From contig JAKQKE010000021.1 of NCBI GenBank assembly GCA_029560805.1, positions 15,191 through 79,190 of the forward strand: 64,000 bases of DNA. Reading direction: 5' to 3'. Both the position numbers and the translations under genes were made by a program. Source of the stretch: Spirochaetota bacterium (GTDB lineage: Bacteria > Spirochaetota > Spirochaetia > Treponematales > UBA12059). Positions 37,816 through 47,893 of the stretch are shown here, one piece after another; within the stretch, counting starts at the first letter, position 1; every line of letters begins with the position of its first letter. A model generated the notes under the pieces. That model had not been told where the DNA came from, did no database searches, and was given only the letters and a program-made list of their open reading frames with translations.

Positions 37816-38842
37816 ACGAATCCTCACCTTCCGCGGCCAGCTCTTCGTACTCTTCCTGGCCGAGCTCCTCGAGCTTCTTGGTTATCTGTACAGCCATCTT
37901 CTTGCCGATGACGCCTGGGCGGCACAGGAATTTCTTCTTGTTGCCGACGTTGAGCACCATCGGGTCGTCGACCTTGACGTTATGCAGCCTGACGATGTCG
38001 CCCAGGTTCAGGTTGAGCACGTCGCCTACCGTTACCTGGATGCGGCCAATTTCCGCTATCACCGGCACGTCTATCGTCGACAACTTCTCCTTGAGAATAT
38101 TCAGGTTCTCGGTCGTGGCGCCGCGTCGTACCGACGAGTACCAGTACTGGGCCGACAGCTTGGAGATGATCGGCTCTATCGTCAGGTAGGGTATGCAGAG
38201 GTTCATCATGCCCTCGACGTCGCCGATCTTCGTCTCCAGGGTCACGAGCACGACCATCTCCGTCGGGGGTACGATCTGCGCGAACTGCGGGTTGACCTCG
38301 ATTTGGGACAGCCTCGGGCGCAGGTCGATGACCTGGGTCCAGGCCTCGCGCAGGTTGCCGAGTATCTTGACGATGATGCCTTCCATGACGGAATGCTCGA
38401 TATCTGTCAGCTCACGGGTCAGCTTGGAGCCCTCGCCCGCGCCGCCGAACAGGCGATCGATGATGGTGAACGTGACCGCCGGGTCTATTTCCAGGATGAT
38501 CTGGCCCTTGAGCGGATCCATACTGACGACCGCGAGGGTCGTGGTCGTCGGGATCGACCTGATGAATTCCTCGTAGGTCAGCTGGTCCACCGACGCGACG
38601 TGTACGTTGACCAGGATACGTAACGACGCGGACAGGCTCGTGGTCGTCAGGCGCGCGAAGGTCTCGTGCATGTTCTGCACGGTGCGCATCTGCTCCTTCG
38701 AGAACTTATCCGGGCGCCTGAAGTCGTAGATCTTGATCTTGCGCGAGTCGGTCGCCGACTGTACCGTCTCGAGCGACGTATCGCCGGCGTTGATGGCGGT
38801 GAGGAGCTGGTCTATCTCGTCCTGGGACAGGACTTCGGTCAT
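37808..38842 (-). CDS. fliM: Flagellar motor switch protein FliM
   Basis: MTEVLSQDEIDQLL, YDFRRPDKFSKEQ, NPQFAQIVPP. Confidence 0.97.
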   Translation of the reverse strand: MTEVLSQDEIDQLLTAINAGDTSLETVQSATDSRKIKIYDFRRPDKFSKEQMRTVQNMHETFARLTTTSLSASLRILVNVHVASVDQLTYEEFIRSIPTTTTLAVVSMDPLKGQIILEIDPAVTFTIIDRLFGGAGEGSKLTRELTDIEHSVMEGIIVKILGNLREAWTQVIDLRPRLSQIEVNPQFAQIVPPTEMVVLVTLETKIGDVEGMMNLCIPYLTIEPIISKLSAQYWYSSVRRGATTENLNILKEKLSTIDVPVIAEIGRIQVTVGDVLNLNLGDIVRLHNVKVDDPMVLNVGNKKKFLCRPGVIGKKMAVQITKKLEELGQEEYEELAAEGEDSYE

Positions 38843-38888
38843 CTGTTCACTCCGCCTGCTATCATTGCATAGAAAAACGCTTTTAGCA

Positions 38889-38912
38889 ACGTCGCGGGCC
38901 CATCCGCGACGT
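38889..38912. other. 9-bp GC-rich hairpin between fliL and fliM
   Basis: ACGTCGCGG / CCGCGACGT with 6 nt loop; followed on the minus strand by an AT-rich promoter-like stretch. Confidence 0.6.
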
Positions 38913-38919
38913 CGAACGC

Positions 38920-39474
38920 CTACATCTGATTACGAGAGAAGGTCTGGAAATACACGTCCTTGATCGCTGGCTTCGAAAGCATGCGGTTGAGCATCTCCCG
39001 TAGCTCCTCCTTGAGCTCCTGCTCGCGGTTGGGCATTAGCTCCTTGATGCTCTTCATACTGAAGAAATTGCGCAGCGCATCCTGGATCTGGTACTTGCGC
39101 GAGGTCAGCTCGGTCTGGATTTCCTTGTCGGCCTGGTCGTAGGCCAAGTTCAGCTTGATCATGACCGACCAGGGCTCCTTGTCGATCGTGCTCGTCGTGA
39201 TCTGGTCGATCGACGTGAAGGTGGCCCAGATCGGGGTGGCGCGCTGGTATTCCTCCGAGGTCGGCACGGTCGTCATAGGCTTGGCCTGCCGATTGAGGAG
39301 ACTCACGGTGACGACGACTATGACGATGATGAAGATGACCGCGCCGAGGCCTATACCGATCCACTTGAGCAGGCCGAGTATAGCCTTGCCGCCGCCCTTG
39401 CCCTTCGGCTTGTCCGCGACCTCGGGGGAGTCGCTGAAATCCGGTCCGGCCTTGTCGAAATCTTCGTCGCTCAT
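38920..39474 (-). CDS. fliL: Flagellar basal body protein FliL
   Basis: Single TM; IQDALRNFFS.K, IKDVYF; position after motB. Confidence 0.9.
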   Translation of the reverse strand: MSDEDFDKAGPDFSDSPEVADKPKGKGGGKAILGLLKWIGIGLGAVIFIIVIVVVTVSLLNRQAKPMTTVPTSEEYQRATPIWATFTSIDQITTSTIDKEPWSVMIKLNLAYDQADKEIQTELTSRKYQIQDALRNFFSMKSIKELMPNREQELKEELREMLNRMLSKPAIKDVYFQTFSRNQM

Positions 39475-39493
39475 ATGGCGCTACCTCCGGTCA

Positions 39494-40225
39494 TCATAGA
39501 TGGCCCTCGTCCAGTATTATAATGTCAACGCGCCGGTTGTACGCCCGGCCCTCCGCTGTAGAATCGTCGGCTATCGGCATCGTCGCCGCGAGGCCCGACA
39601 CCTGGAAACGCGCCTCCGGCACCCCGAAGTCGCTCAGGTAGTGTAGCACGCCGAGGGCCCTCGCCGTCGATAATTCCCAGTTCGACTGCCAGGGACCAGC
39701 CGGGTCCGTCGGCGAGGAGTCCGTATGGCCCTCGATCCTGAATTTCCGCCCCTCGAGCTCGCCGGACTTGAGCAGCTCCGACAGCCTGACGAGCATAGAA
39801 CGGGTCTCGTCGATGTTTATATCGGCGCTCGCCGGCCTGAAGAACGCGTCCGAGGCCAGCGATATGACGAGGCCGCGCTCGTCCGAGCTTACCCTGACCT
39901 TGTTCGACTTGATCTCCGGCTGGAACAGCGACACCGCCTTCTTCTTGGCGGTCGCCAGCATCTTGCCCTTCTCCATCGAAGGCAGGCTGTTGATCGAGTT
40001 GCCGAGCTCGGCCATGCGCCCGACCGACAGGGTATTGCCCCCGGTGCTCGCGCCCATGCCTATGTTGTTCAGGCTGGATATCATCTGGTTGAGCTGGACC
40101 ACGTCCACCTCGGTCGTATCGAAGAGGGCCACGAAGAAGCACAGGAGCAGCGTGACCATGTCGCTGTAGGTGACGATCCATTCTCCAGTGCCGCCGAGGG
40201 CGGTCTCTTTCTTCTTGCGAGCCAT
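39494..40225 (-). CDS. motB: Stator protein MotB
   Basis: WIVTYSDMVTLLLCFFV; OmpA-like IEGHTD, NWELSTARA, NRRVDI. Confidence 0.96.
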   Translation of the reverse strand: MARKKKETALGGTGEWIVTYSDMVTLLLCFFVALFDTTEVDVVQLNQMISSLNNIGMGASTGGNTLSVGRMAELGNSINSLPSMEKGKMLATAKKKAVSLFQPEIKSNKVRVSSDERGLVISLASDAFFRPASADINIDETRSMLVRLSELLKSGELEGRKFRIEGHTDSSPTDPAGPWQSNWELSTARALGVLHYLSDFGVPEARFQVSGLAATMPIADDSTAEGRAYNRRVDIIILDEGHL

Positions 40226-40237
40226 GCCTACGCCGCC

Positions 40238-41020
40238 TTATGACTGCGGATGCAGCTCTTCGAGCTTCTTCTGGCTCTCGGGAGACAGATAGGAGGAGAG
40301 CTTCATCTGAAGGATATGCGGGTTATCGCCCTGCTGGATGGACAGGACGCCTTCTATGACCATCTCGCGGACCTTCGTCTCGGCCGCGTCCTGATTGGCG
40401 AGCTTGCCCATCATAGGGGTAAACAGGAAGTTGGCCATGATGGCGCCGTAGTACGTCGTGATCAGGGCCACGGCCATGTTGGGGCCGATGCGGCTCTTGT
40501 CCTCGAGGTTCTTCATCATCGCGATGAGGCCCTGGACCGTACCGAGCATGCCCATGCCCGGGGCCAGCTTGGCCCACTGGTCGATCATCTTGAGCCAGCG
40601 GCCGTGGCGCTCGTTCATCTGGGACAGCTCCGTCTCCAGGATGTTCTTGATCACTTCCGGATCGGTCGAGTCTACTACCATGCGCAGGCCGCGCTTCATG
40701 AAGGCGCTGTCGACGCTCTCGATCTCCTCCTCGAGGGACAGGATGCCCTCGCGGCGGGCACGCTCGGACAGGGAGAGCAACGACTCGGCTATCTTCATCT
40801 CGCCAAAGTCCGGTACCTTGAAGGCCTTGCCCATGATCTTGAAGATGCCGAGCGTCTCCTTGATGCTGTAGTTGAGCATCAGCGCGAAGAACGAGCCGCC
40901 TATCGTCATCAGTACAGACGCCGCGTCCATATAGGTCGTGACGACGCCGCCCGACGCGTACATGGAGGCGATGATACAGAAGGTACCGGCGCCGAGGCCG
41001 ATGATAGTAGCGAGATCCAT
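40238..41020 (-). CDS. motA: Stator protein MotA
   Basis: ARREGILSLE, APGMGMLGTVQGLI, VALITTYYG. Confidence 0.96.
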   Translation of the reverse strand: MDLATIIGLGAGTFCIIASMYASGGVVTTYMDAASVLMTIGGSFFALMLNYSIKETLGIFKIMGKAFKVPDFGEMKIAESLLSLSERARREGILSLEEEIESVDSAFMKRGLRMVVDSTDPEVIKNILETELSQMNERHGRWLKMIDQWAKLAPGMGMLGTVQGLIAMMKNLEDKSRIGPNMAVALITTYYGAIMANFLFTPMMGKLANQDAAETKVREMVIEGVLSIQQGDNPHILQMKLSSYLSPESQKKLEELHPQS

Positions 41021-41023
41021 CCC

Positions 41024-41227
41024 CTACTCCTCGTTCTTGAACGCGCCGATCAGGCGGCGGTATTCCACTATCTTGCTCAGTACGTCCTGAACGCCCTCGC
41101 GGACGATGACGCGCTTGCCGGACAGCATCGCGATCGATGTATCGGGCGTGCGCTCAATGTACTCGATCTGATGCGGGTTCAGCCAGAACCCGTCCCCGGA
41201 AAGCCTAGTCAGCTCGATCATCGCCAC
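41024..41227 (-). CDS. flbD: Flagellar protein FlbD
   Basis: MIELTRL.G..FWLNPHQIEYIE.TPDT; start may be 41221. Confidence 0.92.
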   Translation of the reverse strand: MAMIELTRLSGDGFWLNPHQIEYIERTPDTSIAMLSGKRVIVREGVQDVLSKIVEYRRLIGAFKNEE

Positions 41228-41250
41228 CTCCGCAGGCCGTCACGCCTGGA

Positions 41251-42642
41251 TTACCGCTTCAGGGTCATCAGCTCCTGGAGCATCTGATCCGAGGTCTGTA
41301 TGGTCTTCGAGTTGGCCTGGAAGCCGCGCTGCGTCACGATCATGTCGGTGAACTGCTCGGCCAGGTCGACGTTGGACATCTCGAGAGCGCCGGCTATCAG
41401 CTTGCCCTTGCCCGCTATGCCGGAGGGCCCGATGTTGGCCATGCCGGAATTGTTCGACTCGACGAAGTTGGTCTCGCCGGTCTTCTCGAGGCCGTTCGGG
41501 TTGGTGAAGGTCGCGAGCGCGACCTGGCCGAGGGTCCTCGTCGAGCCGTTCGAGTACACGGCCGTGATCATACCGGACTGGTCGATCTTGAAATTCTCGA
41601 GGTAGCCCATGCCGTAGCCGTCCTGCTCGAACACCTTGGTGCTCGATGCCTCGGCGAACTGGGTGACGGTGTTCCTGACGCTGCCGGCCACGCCGAGGTT
41701 GAGCGAGAAGGTCTGTCTGACCTGCTCGCCGCCCTCGCCCGCGGTGGTGTCGGCCACGTCGAAGGCCACGTTCATGGCCAGGAGGCCTTCCTCGGCGGAG
41801 GGGTTGCCCTGACCGTCGGTCAGCCTGCGTAGTGTGCCCAGGTTGTCGAATTCGACGATGAAGACGTTCCCCTCGAGAGCGGCCGGGTCCAGGCCGACCG
41901 CCGGGTTCGTGGCTACCGCGGCCTGGGGGTCGATGGACACGGCCGCCTGCCACTGGTTCGGCTGGCCTGTGACCCGCGTGAACTCGACGCGAAGCGTATG
42001 CTCGGTACCGAAGGAGTCGTAGACCTTCTCCTCGACGCGCCAGGTACCCTGGCGTACGGTCTCGGCGGCCGCTCCCTCGGGGATCTCCTGGAGGCGCTTA
42101 TCGAGGTTACAGGCCAGGAAGACCTGCTCGGTGGCGCGGGCCGGGTCCTTGGAGCCGACCGGGATGACCAGGTCCTCGAGGGCGCCGGAGGTGTTGAGCA
42201 CCTCGACGCCGTTGATCACCTCGGCGTTCCAGCCCTGCACCCGTAGGCCGTTACCCGGGTTGACCAGCCGCCCCTCGGCGTCGAGGCCGAAGGCGCCAGC
42301 CCTGGTGTACAGAGTGGCGTCGCCCTTGGCCAACACGAAGAAACCCGAACCCTGGATGGCCAGGTCGGTCATCACGCCGGTGGTCTGGAGAGAGCCCTGG
42401 GTATGGATCGTGTCGATCGACGCGATGGACATACCAAGGCCGATCTCCTTCGGGTTGATACCGCCGACCTCCTCGGTGGGCTTCGCGGCTCCAGACATCT
42501 GTTGGTACAAGAGGTCCTGGAAGTTGGCGCGGCCCTTCTTAAAGCCGGTGGTGTTGACATTGGCGATGTTATTGCCGAGCACGTCCATGCGGACCTGGTG
42601 GTTCTGGAGGCCGGCGACGCCTGAATACAACGAGCGCATCAT
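41251..42642 (-). CDS. flgE: Flagellar hook protein
   Basis: [49 protein letters not shown]. Confidence 0.97.
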   Translation of the reverse strand: MMRSLYSGVAGLQNHQVRMDVLGNNIANVNTTGFKKGRANFQDLLYQQMSGAAKPTEEVGGINPKEIGLGMSIASIDTIHTQGSLQTTGVMTDLAIQGSGFFVLAKGDATLYTRAGAFGLDAEGRLVNPGNGLRVQGWNAEVINGVEVLNTSGALEDLVIPVGSKDPARATEQVFLACNLDKRLQEIPEGAAAETVRQGTWRVEEKVYDSFGTEHTLRVEFTRVTGQPNQWQAAVSIDPQAAVATNPAVGLDPAALEGNVFIVEFDNLGTLRRLTDGQGNPSAEEGLLAMNVAFDVADTTAGEGGEQVRQTFSLNLGVAGSVRNTVTQFAEASSTKVFEQDGYGMGYLENFKIDQSGMITAVYSNGSTRTLGQVALATFTNPNGLEKTGETNFVESNNSGMANIGPSGIAGKGKLIAGALEMSNVDLAEQFTDMIVTQRGFQANSKTIQTSDQMLQELMTLKR

Positions 42643-42654
42643 AACGGCGCCTCC

Positions 42655-43089
42655 TTACTCTTCGACTTTACTGACCTGGTCGAGGTCGTAGAACGAACCA
42701 TTGACCATGACGAGCGGGAATTCGCCGCGTACAACCTGGGATACCTTGCCGTAGATCGCCTTATCGCCGTCGAGCACCTCGACGGTACGGCCGAGCAACG
42801 ACTGGGCTTCGCTCGAGTTGAGCACAGTCGACAGCTTGCCGAAGCTCGTCGCCATGTTGGTCATCTGCTCGAGCGAGGAGAACTGGGCCATCTGCGCGAT
42901 GAACTCCTTGTCCTGCATCGGGTTGGTTGGATCCTGGTGCTGGAGCTGGGTAATCAGGATCTTCAGGAAGTCGTCCTTGTCCAGCTCGGTCTTGAAAGCC
43001 TTCCCGCCGGACAGTTCCTTGTTCAGGGCGTCCACCTGGTAGCTGGTCCTGGCCGCGTCCGCCTGGCTCATCCGTAGGTCTATATCCAT
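42655..43089 (-). CDS. flgD: Hook capping protein
   Basis: LDKDDFLKILITQLQHQDP.NPM, AQMAQFSSLEQ. Confidence 0.95.
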   Translation of the reverse strand: MDIDLRMSQADAARTSYQVDALNKELSGGKAFKTELDKDDFLKILITQLQHQDPTNPMQDKEFIAQMAQFSSLEQMTNMATSFGKLSTVLNSSEAQSLLGRTVEVLDGDKAIYGKVSQVVRGEFPLVMVNGSFYDLDQVSKVEE

Positions 43090-43104
43090 CGATCGCTCCT
43101 TACT

Positions 43105-44367
43105 TTACACCACTACGTCGAGGAGGCCGTCCCGGCCCGACCCGACCAATTGCGGCACCGCCGCGTCAAGTTCGCGCAGCGAGCGGCTCCAATAGGGACC
43201 GTCGTCGCGCTCGCTCCCGGCACGCCCATCGCCGCCGGAGGCCATGCCGTTCCGGACCTCTACCTCCAGCGCGCTCGTCTCGAAGCCGCATTCGGCGAAC
43301 GCGTCCTTGAGCGAATCGAGCGACGACCTGAAGGCCTCGGCCGCTATATCCGATTCTACGACTATCTTGCCGCTGATTTGTTTTTCGGCCATTTTGAGCT
43401 CTATCTTGACGCCTCCGAGCGATTCAGGCTCCAGCCGGAGCCGAATGACCCCCGAATCGCCTCCGCGCAGGACTATCTGAGCCGAGCGGACGATATCAGC
43501 GGCTCCCTCGCGCAACCTGGACGCCAGGCCCTCGGCCGTGGGAGGAGTCGGAGCCACAACGGCTTCAATCGGCTGCTTGGCGCTTCCAGCGGTTTCAGCG
43601 ACCGGCTCGCCCAACGCGAGGCCCGGGTTCGCGGCATCGGCTACGCCCGCCGGTTTGGCGGTCGAGGCGAGCCCGCCGCGATCGTCGGCCTCGTTGCCGG
43701 CCTCTCGCCTCGAGACGGCTCCTCGGGTAGCCTTGAGCCGCAGGTCCACCACGGTTACTTTGGCCCCGTCAGCTCTTCGCTCGGCGCCGACGCCGACGGT
43801 CTCGATTCCCGAGGAACCGTTCTCGCCGCCCGAGCGCCGCTGGTCGGAGCCATCCCGCCCCGGAACCAGGGTGGGCTTCGCGGCTTGGGCGCCGGAAGCG
43901 TCCCGCGCGGCGATAGCCGCCAGCGCGGAGGCTCCGTCGCGCGCCGACGCCTCGTCACCCGCGACGGAGCGGCGCTGAAAGGCGGCGACGTTCGAGACGG
44001 GGGCCTCGTCGGGATGCTTCCCGGCTATTCCGCGCGCATCGCCGGCGCTCCGTTTCGTAGCGGTGGCCTTGGCTCGCGCGGCTTCGGCTCCGGCGCTCGC
44101 CTCGGCGGGCGCTGGAGCTCTCAGGGCGGCATTCGACCCGCCGGCTCCGGAGGGGGCGGAAACGGCCCGCCGGGCAACGCCGCGGGACGCGCCTGCCCCG
44201 TCGGCTTTGGCCGCGTTGGTCCCTGCCCTGGCGACGCCGCGCTCGGCCGCGACCAGCAGCCTAGTGAATGGATTGCCTTGTACGCTCGCCGCCTTAGCGG
44301 AGTCGGCCTTCGGGGGCGAGGCCCCCAGGCCGCTCTGGGCGGTTACGGTACGTGTTAGCGCCAGCAT
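43105..44367 (-). CDS. fliK: Hook-length control protein
   Basis: Ala-rich disordered N-terminus; C-terminal RLRLEPESLG.V, F..SL..LK..F..GF. Confidence 0.85.
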   Translation of the reverse strand: MLALTRTVTAQSGLGASPPKADSAKAASVQGNPFTRLLVAAERGVARAGTNAAKADGAGASRGVARRAVSAPSGAGGSNAALRAPAPAEASAGAEAARAKATATKRSAGDARGIAGKHPDEAPVSNVAAFQRRSVAGDEASARDGASALAAIAARDASGAQAAKPTLVPGRDGSDQRRSGGENGSSGIETVGVGAERRADGAKVTVVDLRLKATRGAVSRREAGNEADDRGGLASTAKPAGVADAANPGLALGEPVAETAGSAKQPIEAVVAPTPPTAEGLASRLREGAADIVRSAQIVLRGGDSGVIRLRLEPESLGGVKIELKMAEKQISGKIVVESDIAAEAFRSSLDSLKDAFAECGFETSALEVEVRNGMASGGDGRAGSERDDGPYWSRSLRELDAAVPQLVGSGRDGLLDVVV

Positions 44368-44428
44368 GTATGCGGGCTCCTTCCGCGTCCGGCTAGGCCG
44401 AACCGCTCGGGAGGAGTCGGCTCGGGCG

Positions 44429-45061
44429 CTAGTCCAGCGACGCTGGTTTCTCGTTCATCTTGCGCTGCAGCGTCGCGGAACGCTCCGCGGGCAACAGCGA
44501 CAGCCAATACGCCACGACGGAGGCTTCTCCCGACTTGGCGGCCAACTCCTCCACCGCTCTCAGCACGTCGATGACCGTCTGATCGTCCGAGGCCGCGAGT
44601 ATCCTCACAGCGTCGGCCGGCGGCATGCCGGTCAGATACCTGGCGTTCTGCTCGACGTTCGCTCTTCTATTCTCGTACCGTTCGGCCATTTGTTTGAATG
44701 AAATCTCGCGCTCGTCGAGTTCCCTGGCCCTATCGTCGATTTCCTGAGCCATAGCCTCGACCGCGGCCTGCCTCTCCTCGGCCTGACGCTCGCGCTCGGA
44801 TAGCTCCTGACGCATCGCTTCGACGGCGCCGAGCTGCTTCGCGAAGCGCTCGTCGTCGAGCAGCGTCGGGGAATCGGATGGTAGCGCCTCGCCGGTACGC
44901 GTCCTGAGGCCGGCCAGCCTCAGGGCCGGGGCGAAGAAAGCCTTGGCGTCCACGATCCCGAGGTAATCGAACCAGAATAAGCCACCTATGGCGAGGGCGA
45001 GGATCATGATGAGCATGACGACTACCCTACCGAAAACGCGCCTCTTACCGAACGATGCCAT
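44429..45061 (-). CDS. flbB: Periplasmic flagellar collar protein FlbB-like (YlxF/MotE family)
   Basis: TM near N-terminus, coiled coil, ARYLTGMPPADAV.IL MgtE_N-like motif; position between fliJ and fliK. Confidence 0.72.
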   Translation of the reverse strand: MASFGKRRVFGRVVVMLIMILALAIGGLFWFDYLGIVDAKAFFAPALRLAGLRTRTGEALPSDSPTLLDDERFAKQLGAVEAMRQELSERERQAEERQAAVEAMAQEIDDRARELDEREISFKQMAERYENRRANVEQNARYLTGMPPADAVRILAASDDQTVIDVLRAVEELAAKSGEASVVAYWLSLLPAERSATLQRKMNEKPASLD

Positions 45062-45085
45062 ACTGCCCCTCTACGTTCCAGATGC

Positions 45086-45526
45086 CTAGCGTGCGTCGGC
45101 ACGGGCGTGCGCCCCGGCGGCCAGGTCGTCCATCGCCTTCGTCTCTTCGCGGGCGACCGCCTTATAGTACACGGCTTCTTCTCGCTCCCTCAACTTGGTG
45201 ACGAGGCGGCGGGCCTTGGTAGCCTCGACGTAGTCGACGCGCGCCGCCTCGCGCTCGAGCTCGGCGGCCGCCAACGACTTGAACAGCCGCTCGCGCTCCT
45301 GCGACAGCCTGACCGCGTACAGCTCGCCGGCCCGGTGGTCCGACGCGTCGCTACCCGGCCTGAAGCGCTCCCTGGCGGCCTCCACCGCGGCGCGGGCGTT
45401 AGCCTCGAGCGCCAGGGTCAGGCGGGAGCAGACGGCCGTCTTTTCGCCCAGGACGGCCTCCGCGACCTTCTCGTCATATTCTCGCAGCTCAAGCACGCGC
45501 TCGAGCTTGAACGCGAAACTCCTCAC
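45086..45526 (-). CDS. fliJ: Flagellar export protein FliJ
   Basis: F.FKLERVL.LR start, coiled coil, E.K.MDD end; after fliI. Confidence 0.88.
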   Translation of the reverse strand: MRSFAFKLERVLELREYDEKVAEAVLGEKTAVCSRLTLALEANARAAVEAARERFRPGSDASDHRAGELYAVRLSQERERLFKSLAAAELEREAARVDYVEATKARRLVTKLREREEAVYYKAVAREETKAMDDLAAGAHARADAR

Positions 45527-46959
45527 GGCTCGGCTCCGGCCTCGGGACCGGCCGCCGAGACGCCTTCTGAGCCGTCATCGCGGCCGGCCCTCGGTGGCGC
45601 GGCCGACCGCGCCGGCTCCGCGAAGTCGGTCAGCTCGCTCGCCGGTACCGAAAGCCCGGCGATATCGCCGAGCCGCTTGATCGTGTCCGCTATCGGCGCC
45701 TTCTCGGCGACGCCCTGGATCAGGAACTCCTCTATAGCGGCGCGCTTGGCTATGGCCTCGTCTATCGCCGGGTTGGTACCCTTGACGTACGCGCCGATAT
45801 TGATCATGTCCTCGGCCTCGTCGTAGGTGGCCATCAGCCGCCTGACCACGCCCATCGCCTTCTGGGTGATCGGCCCGGTGACGGCCTGGGACAGCCTCGA
45901 GATGGACTTGAGTACGTCGACGGCAGGGTAATGGTATCGCTCGGCCAGCTTGCGCGACAGCACGACGTGTCCGTCGAGGATGCCGCGGACCGTATCGGCT
46001 ATCGGCTCGTCCATATCGTCACCGTCGACGAGTATCGTATAGACGCCCGTGATCGAGCCCTTGTCCGAGGTGCCCGAGCGCTCGAGTAGCTTGGGCATCG
46101 AGTCGAAGACGCTCGGAGTATAGCCTCGCGTCGTCGGGGGCTCTCCGATCGCCAGCCCTATCTCGCGCTGGGCCCTGGCGAAGCGGGTGACCGAGTCGAA
46201 CAGGAGGAGCACGTCGAGGCCGCGGTCGCGGAAGTACTCGGCGACCGCGGTAGCCACGTAGGCGCCGCGGAGCCTGGCCAGAGGCGGGGTATCCGAGGTG
46301 GAGACTATGAGCACCGAGCGCGCCAGGCCCTCGGGGCCGAGGTCGTTCTCGATGAATTCGCGGACCTCGCGGCCGCGCTCCCCTATGAGCGCTATGACGT
46401 TGACGTCGGCGTTCGTGTTGCGCGCCATCATGCCGAGCAGCGTCGACTTGCCGACTCCGGAGCCGGCGAAAATGCCGATGCGCTGGCCACGGCCGAGCGG
46501 CAGGAGGCCGTCGATCGAGCGCACGCCCGAGCCGATGCGCGTCTTGATGCGCTTACGGGTCATCGCGTCGGGCGGGATGGCCACCGCCGGGTAGAAATCG
46601 GGCGAGGCGATGTCGCCCTTGCCGTCCGACGGTCGGCCCATCGAGTCGAGCACGCGCCCGAGCAACTTGTCCGACACCGGCACGCGTAGCATTTCGCCGG
46701 TCGCTATCACGCTGCAGCCCACCTCGATGCCGTCGAGGCCGGAATACGACATCAGCTGTACGGTCTCGCCTCGCAGGCCGGCCACCTCGGCCCAGGCCAC
46801 CTTGCCGAGCCTCGGTATCAGAATCTGGCATAGCTCGCCGACGACGGCCTGCGGGCCTCGGCTCTCGACGAGGAGGCCCTGTACCTTGACGACGCGACCG
46901 GTGTACTTGATCGGATCCGAGCGCTCGACCGCGTCGAGGTACTTGGCTATGAGTTCCAC
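45523..46959 (-). CDS. fliI: Flagellum-specific ATPase
   Basis: GQRIGIFAGSGVGKST, LIGERGREV, DSVTRFARAQRE, DGHVVLSR. Confidence 0.97.
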   Translation of the reverse strand: MELIAKYLDAVERSDPIKYTGRVVKVQGLLVESRGPQAVVGELCQILIPRLGKVAWAEVAGLRGETVQLMSYSGLDGIEVGCSVIATGEMLRVPVSDKLLGRVLDSMGRPSDGKGDIASPDFYPAVAIPPDAMTRKRIKTRIGSGVRSIDGLLPLGRGQRIGIFAGSGVGKSTLLGMMARNTNADVNVIALIGERGREVREFIENDLGPEGLARSVLIVSTSDTPPLARLRGAYVATAVAEYFRDRGLDVLLLFDSVTRFARAQREIGLAIGEPPTTRGYTPSVFDSMPKLLERSGTSDKGSITGVYTILVDGDDMDEPIADTVRGILDGHVVLSRKLAERYHYPAVDVLKSISRLSQAVTGPITQKAMGVVRRLMATYDEAEDMINIGAYVKGTNPAIDEAIAKRAAIEEFLIQGVAEKAPIADTIKRLGDIAGLSVPASELTDFAEPARSAAPPRAGRDDGSEGVSAAGPEAGAEP

Positions 46960-46962
46960 GGC

Positions 46963-47880
46963 CTACTGCGCCTTCCCGCGCGCCTTGATCGGCGATATGT
47001 CGAGGATTTTCTCCTCGAGCTCGTGGAGCTGGCTCTGGATCCTCGCGTCAATCTCGCCGAAATCAGTCTCTATGACGCAACCGCCGCGGTCGACCGATGA
47101 ATCCTCGACGATTGAAAGCTTCTTGGCGTTCTCGGCCGCCTCGATGAAGTCCTTGGCGTGCTCGGTAGTCAACTGGAGATCGGCTATATTGACGCGCACT
47201 ATCACGTCGCTGCGGGTCTTGAGCTTGCGCAGGGCCTGAGTGATGTTCGAGAGTACGACGTTCTTCTGGTTCTCGGAAATGGTCTTGACGACCTTGCGGG
47301 CTATGAGCAGCACCAGCTCGACGACCTGGGCCTCGGTCTGCTCGAGTATCTCGGCGCGCTTGTCCATCGCCCGGTCGAGTATCACGTGGAGCCGGTCGAC
47401 GAGGCGTTCGACCTCGAGCTTGCCCTCCTTGAACCCTTCCTCTCGGCCCTGGTCGAAGCCCTCCTTGCGAGCCCCCTTGGTCACCTCGTCGACCCTGGCC
47501 TTGGCCTGGGCCTCGAAGGCCTGGATCTTGGCCTCAGCCTCGGCGATCGCCTTCTCGGCGGCCGACTCGGCCTCGCGGCGTATCTTCAGGGCCTGGTCGT
47601 TCTTGCGCCGAACCTCCTCGAAGGCGGCCGCCTCGGCCTTGGCCACGATGTCCTGCGCCTCCGCCCGGGCGGCGGCCATCATGGCCTCCTTCTCGCGTTC
47701 CCAGTTCTGGCTGAACAGCTCGGCCTCGGCCCGGAGATCGTCTGCGGTCGGCCCCTCGTACTCGAGCGCGGGCGCGACGGCCTCCACGTCCTCGACGACG
47801 ATGTCGCCGCCTGGGGCGTGGAGCACGTAGGCGCTCGAGAGGGGCACGGTCTCCTGCGGCCTGAACACGGTTTTAGCCAT
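46963..47880 (-). CDS. fliH: Flagellar assembly protein FliH
   Basis: GxxxG repeats (GFDQGREEGFKEG), GGCVIETDFGEIDARI. Confidence 0.93.
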   Translation of the reverse strand: MAKTVFRPQETVPLSSAYVLHAPGGDIVVEDVEAVAPALEYEGPTADDLRAEAELFSQNWEREKEAMMAAARAEAQDIVAKAEAAAFEEVRRKNDQALKIRREAESAAEKAIAEAEAKIQAFEAQAKARVDEVTKGARKEGFDQGREEGFKEGKLEVERLVDRLHVILDRAMDKRAEILEQTEAQVVELVLLIARKVVKTISENQKNVVLSNITQALRKLKTRSDVIVRVNIADLQLTTEHAKDFIEAAENAKKLSIVEDSSVDRGGCVIETDFGEIDARIQSQLHELEEKILDISPIKARGKAQ

Positions 47881-47893
47881 ACGCTACCTTTTC

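Noticed and set aside
44368-44428. Expected sigma28 promoter upstream of fliK, as in Treponema fla operons
   Set aside because: No TAAA-N15-GCCGATAA match found by eye.
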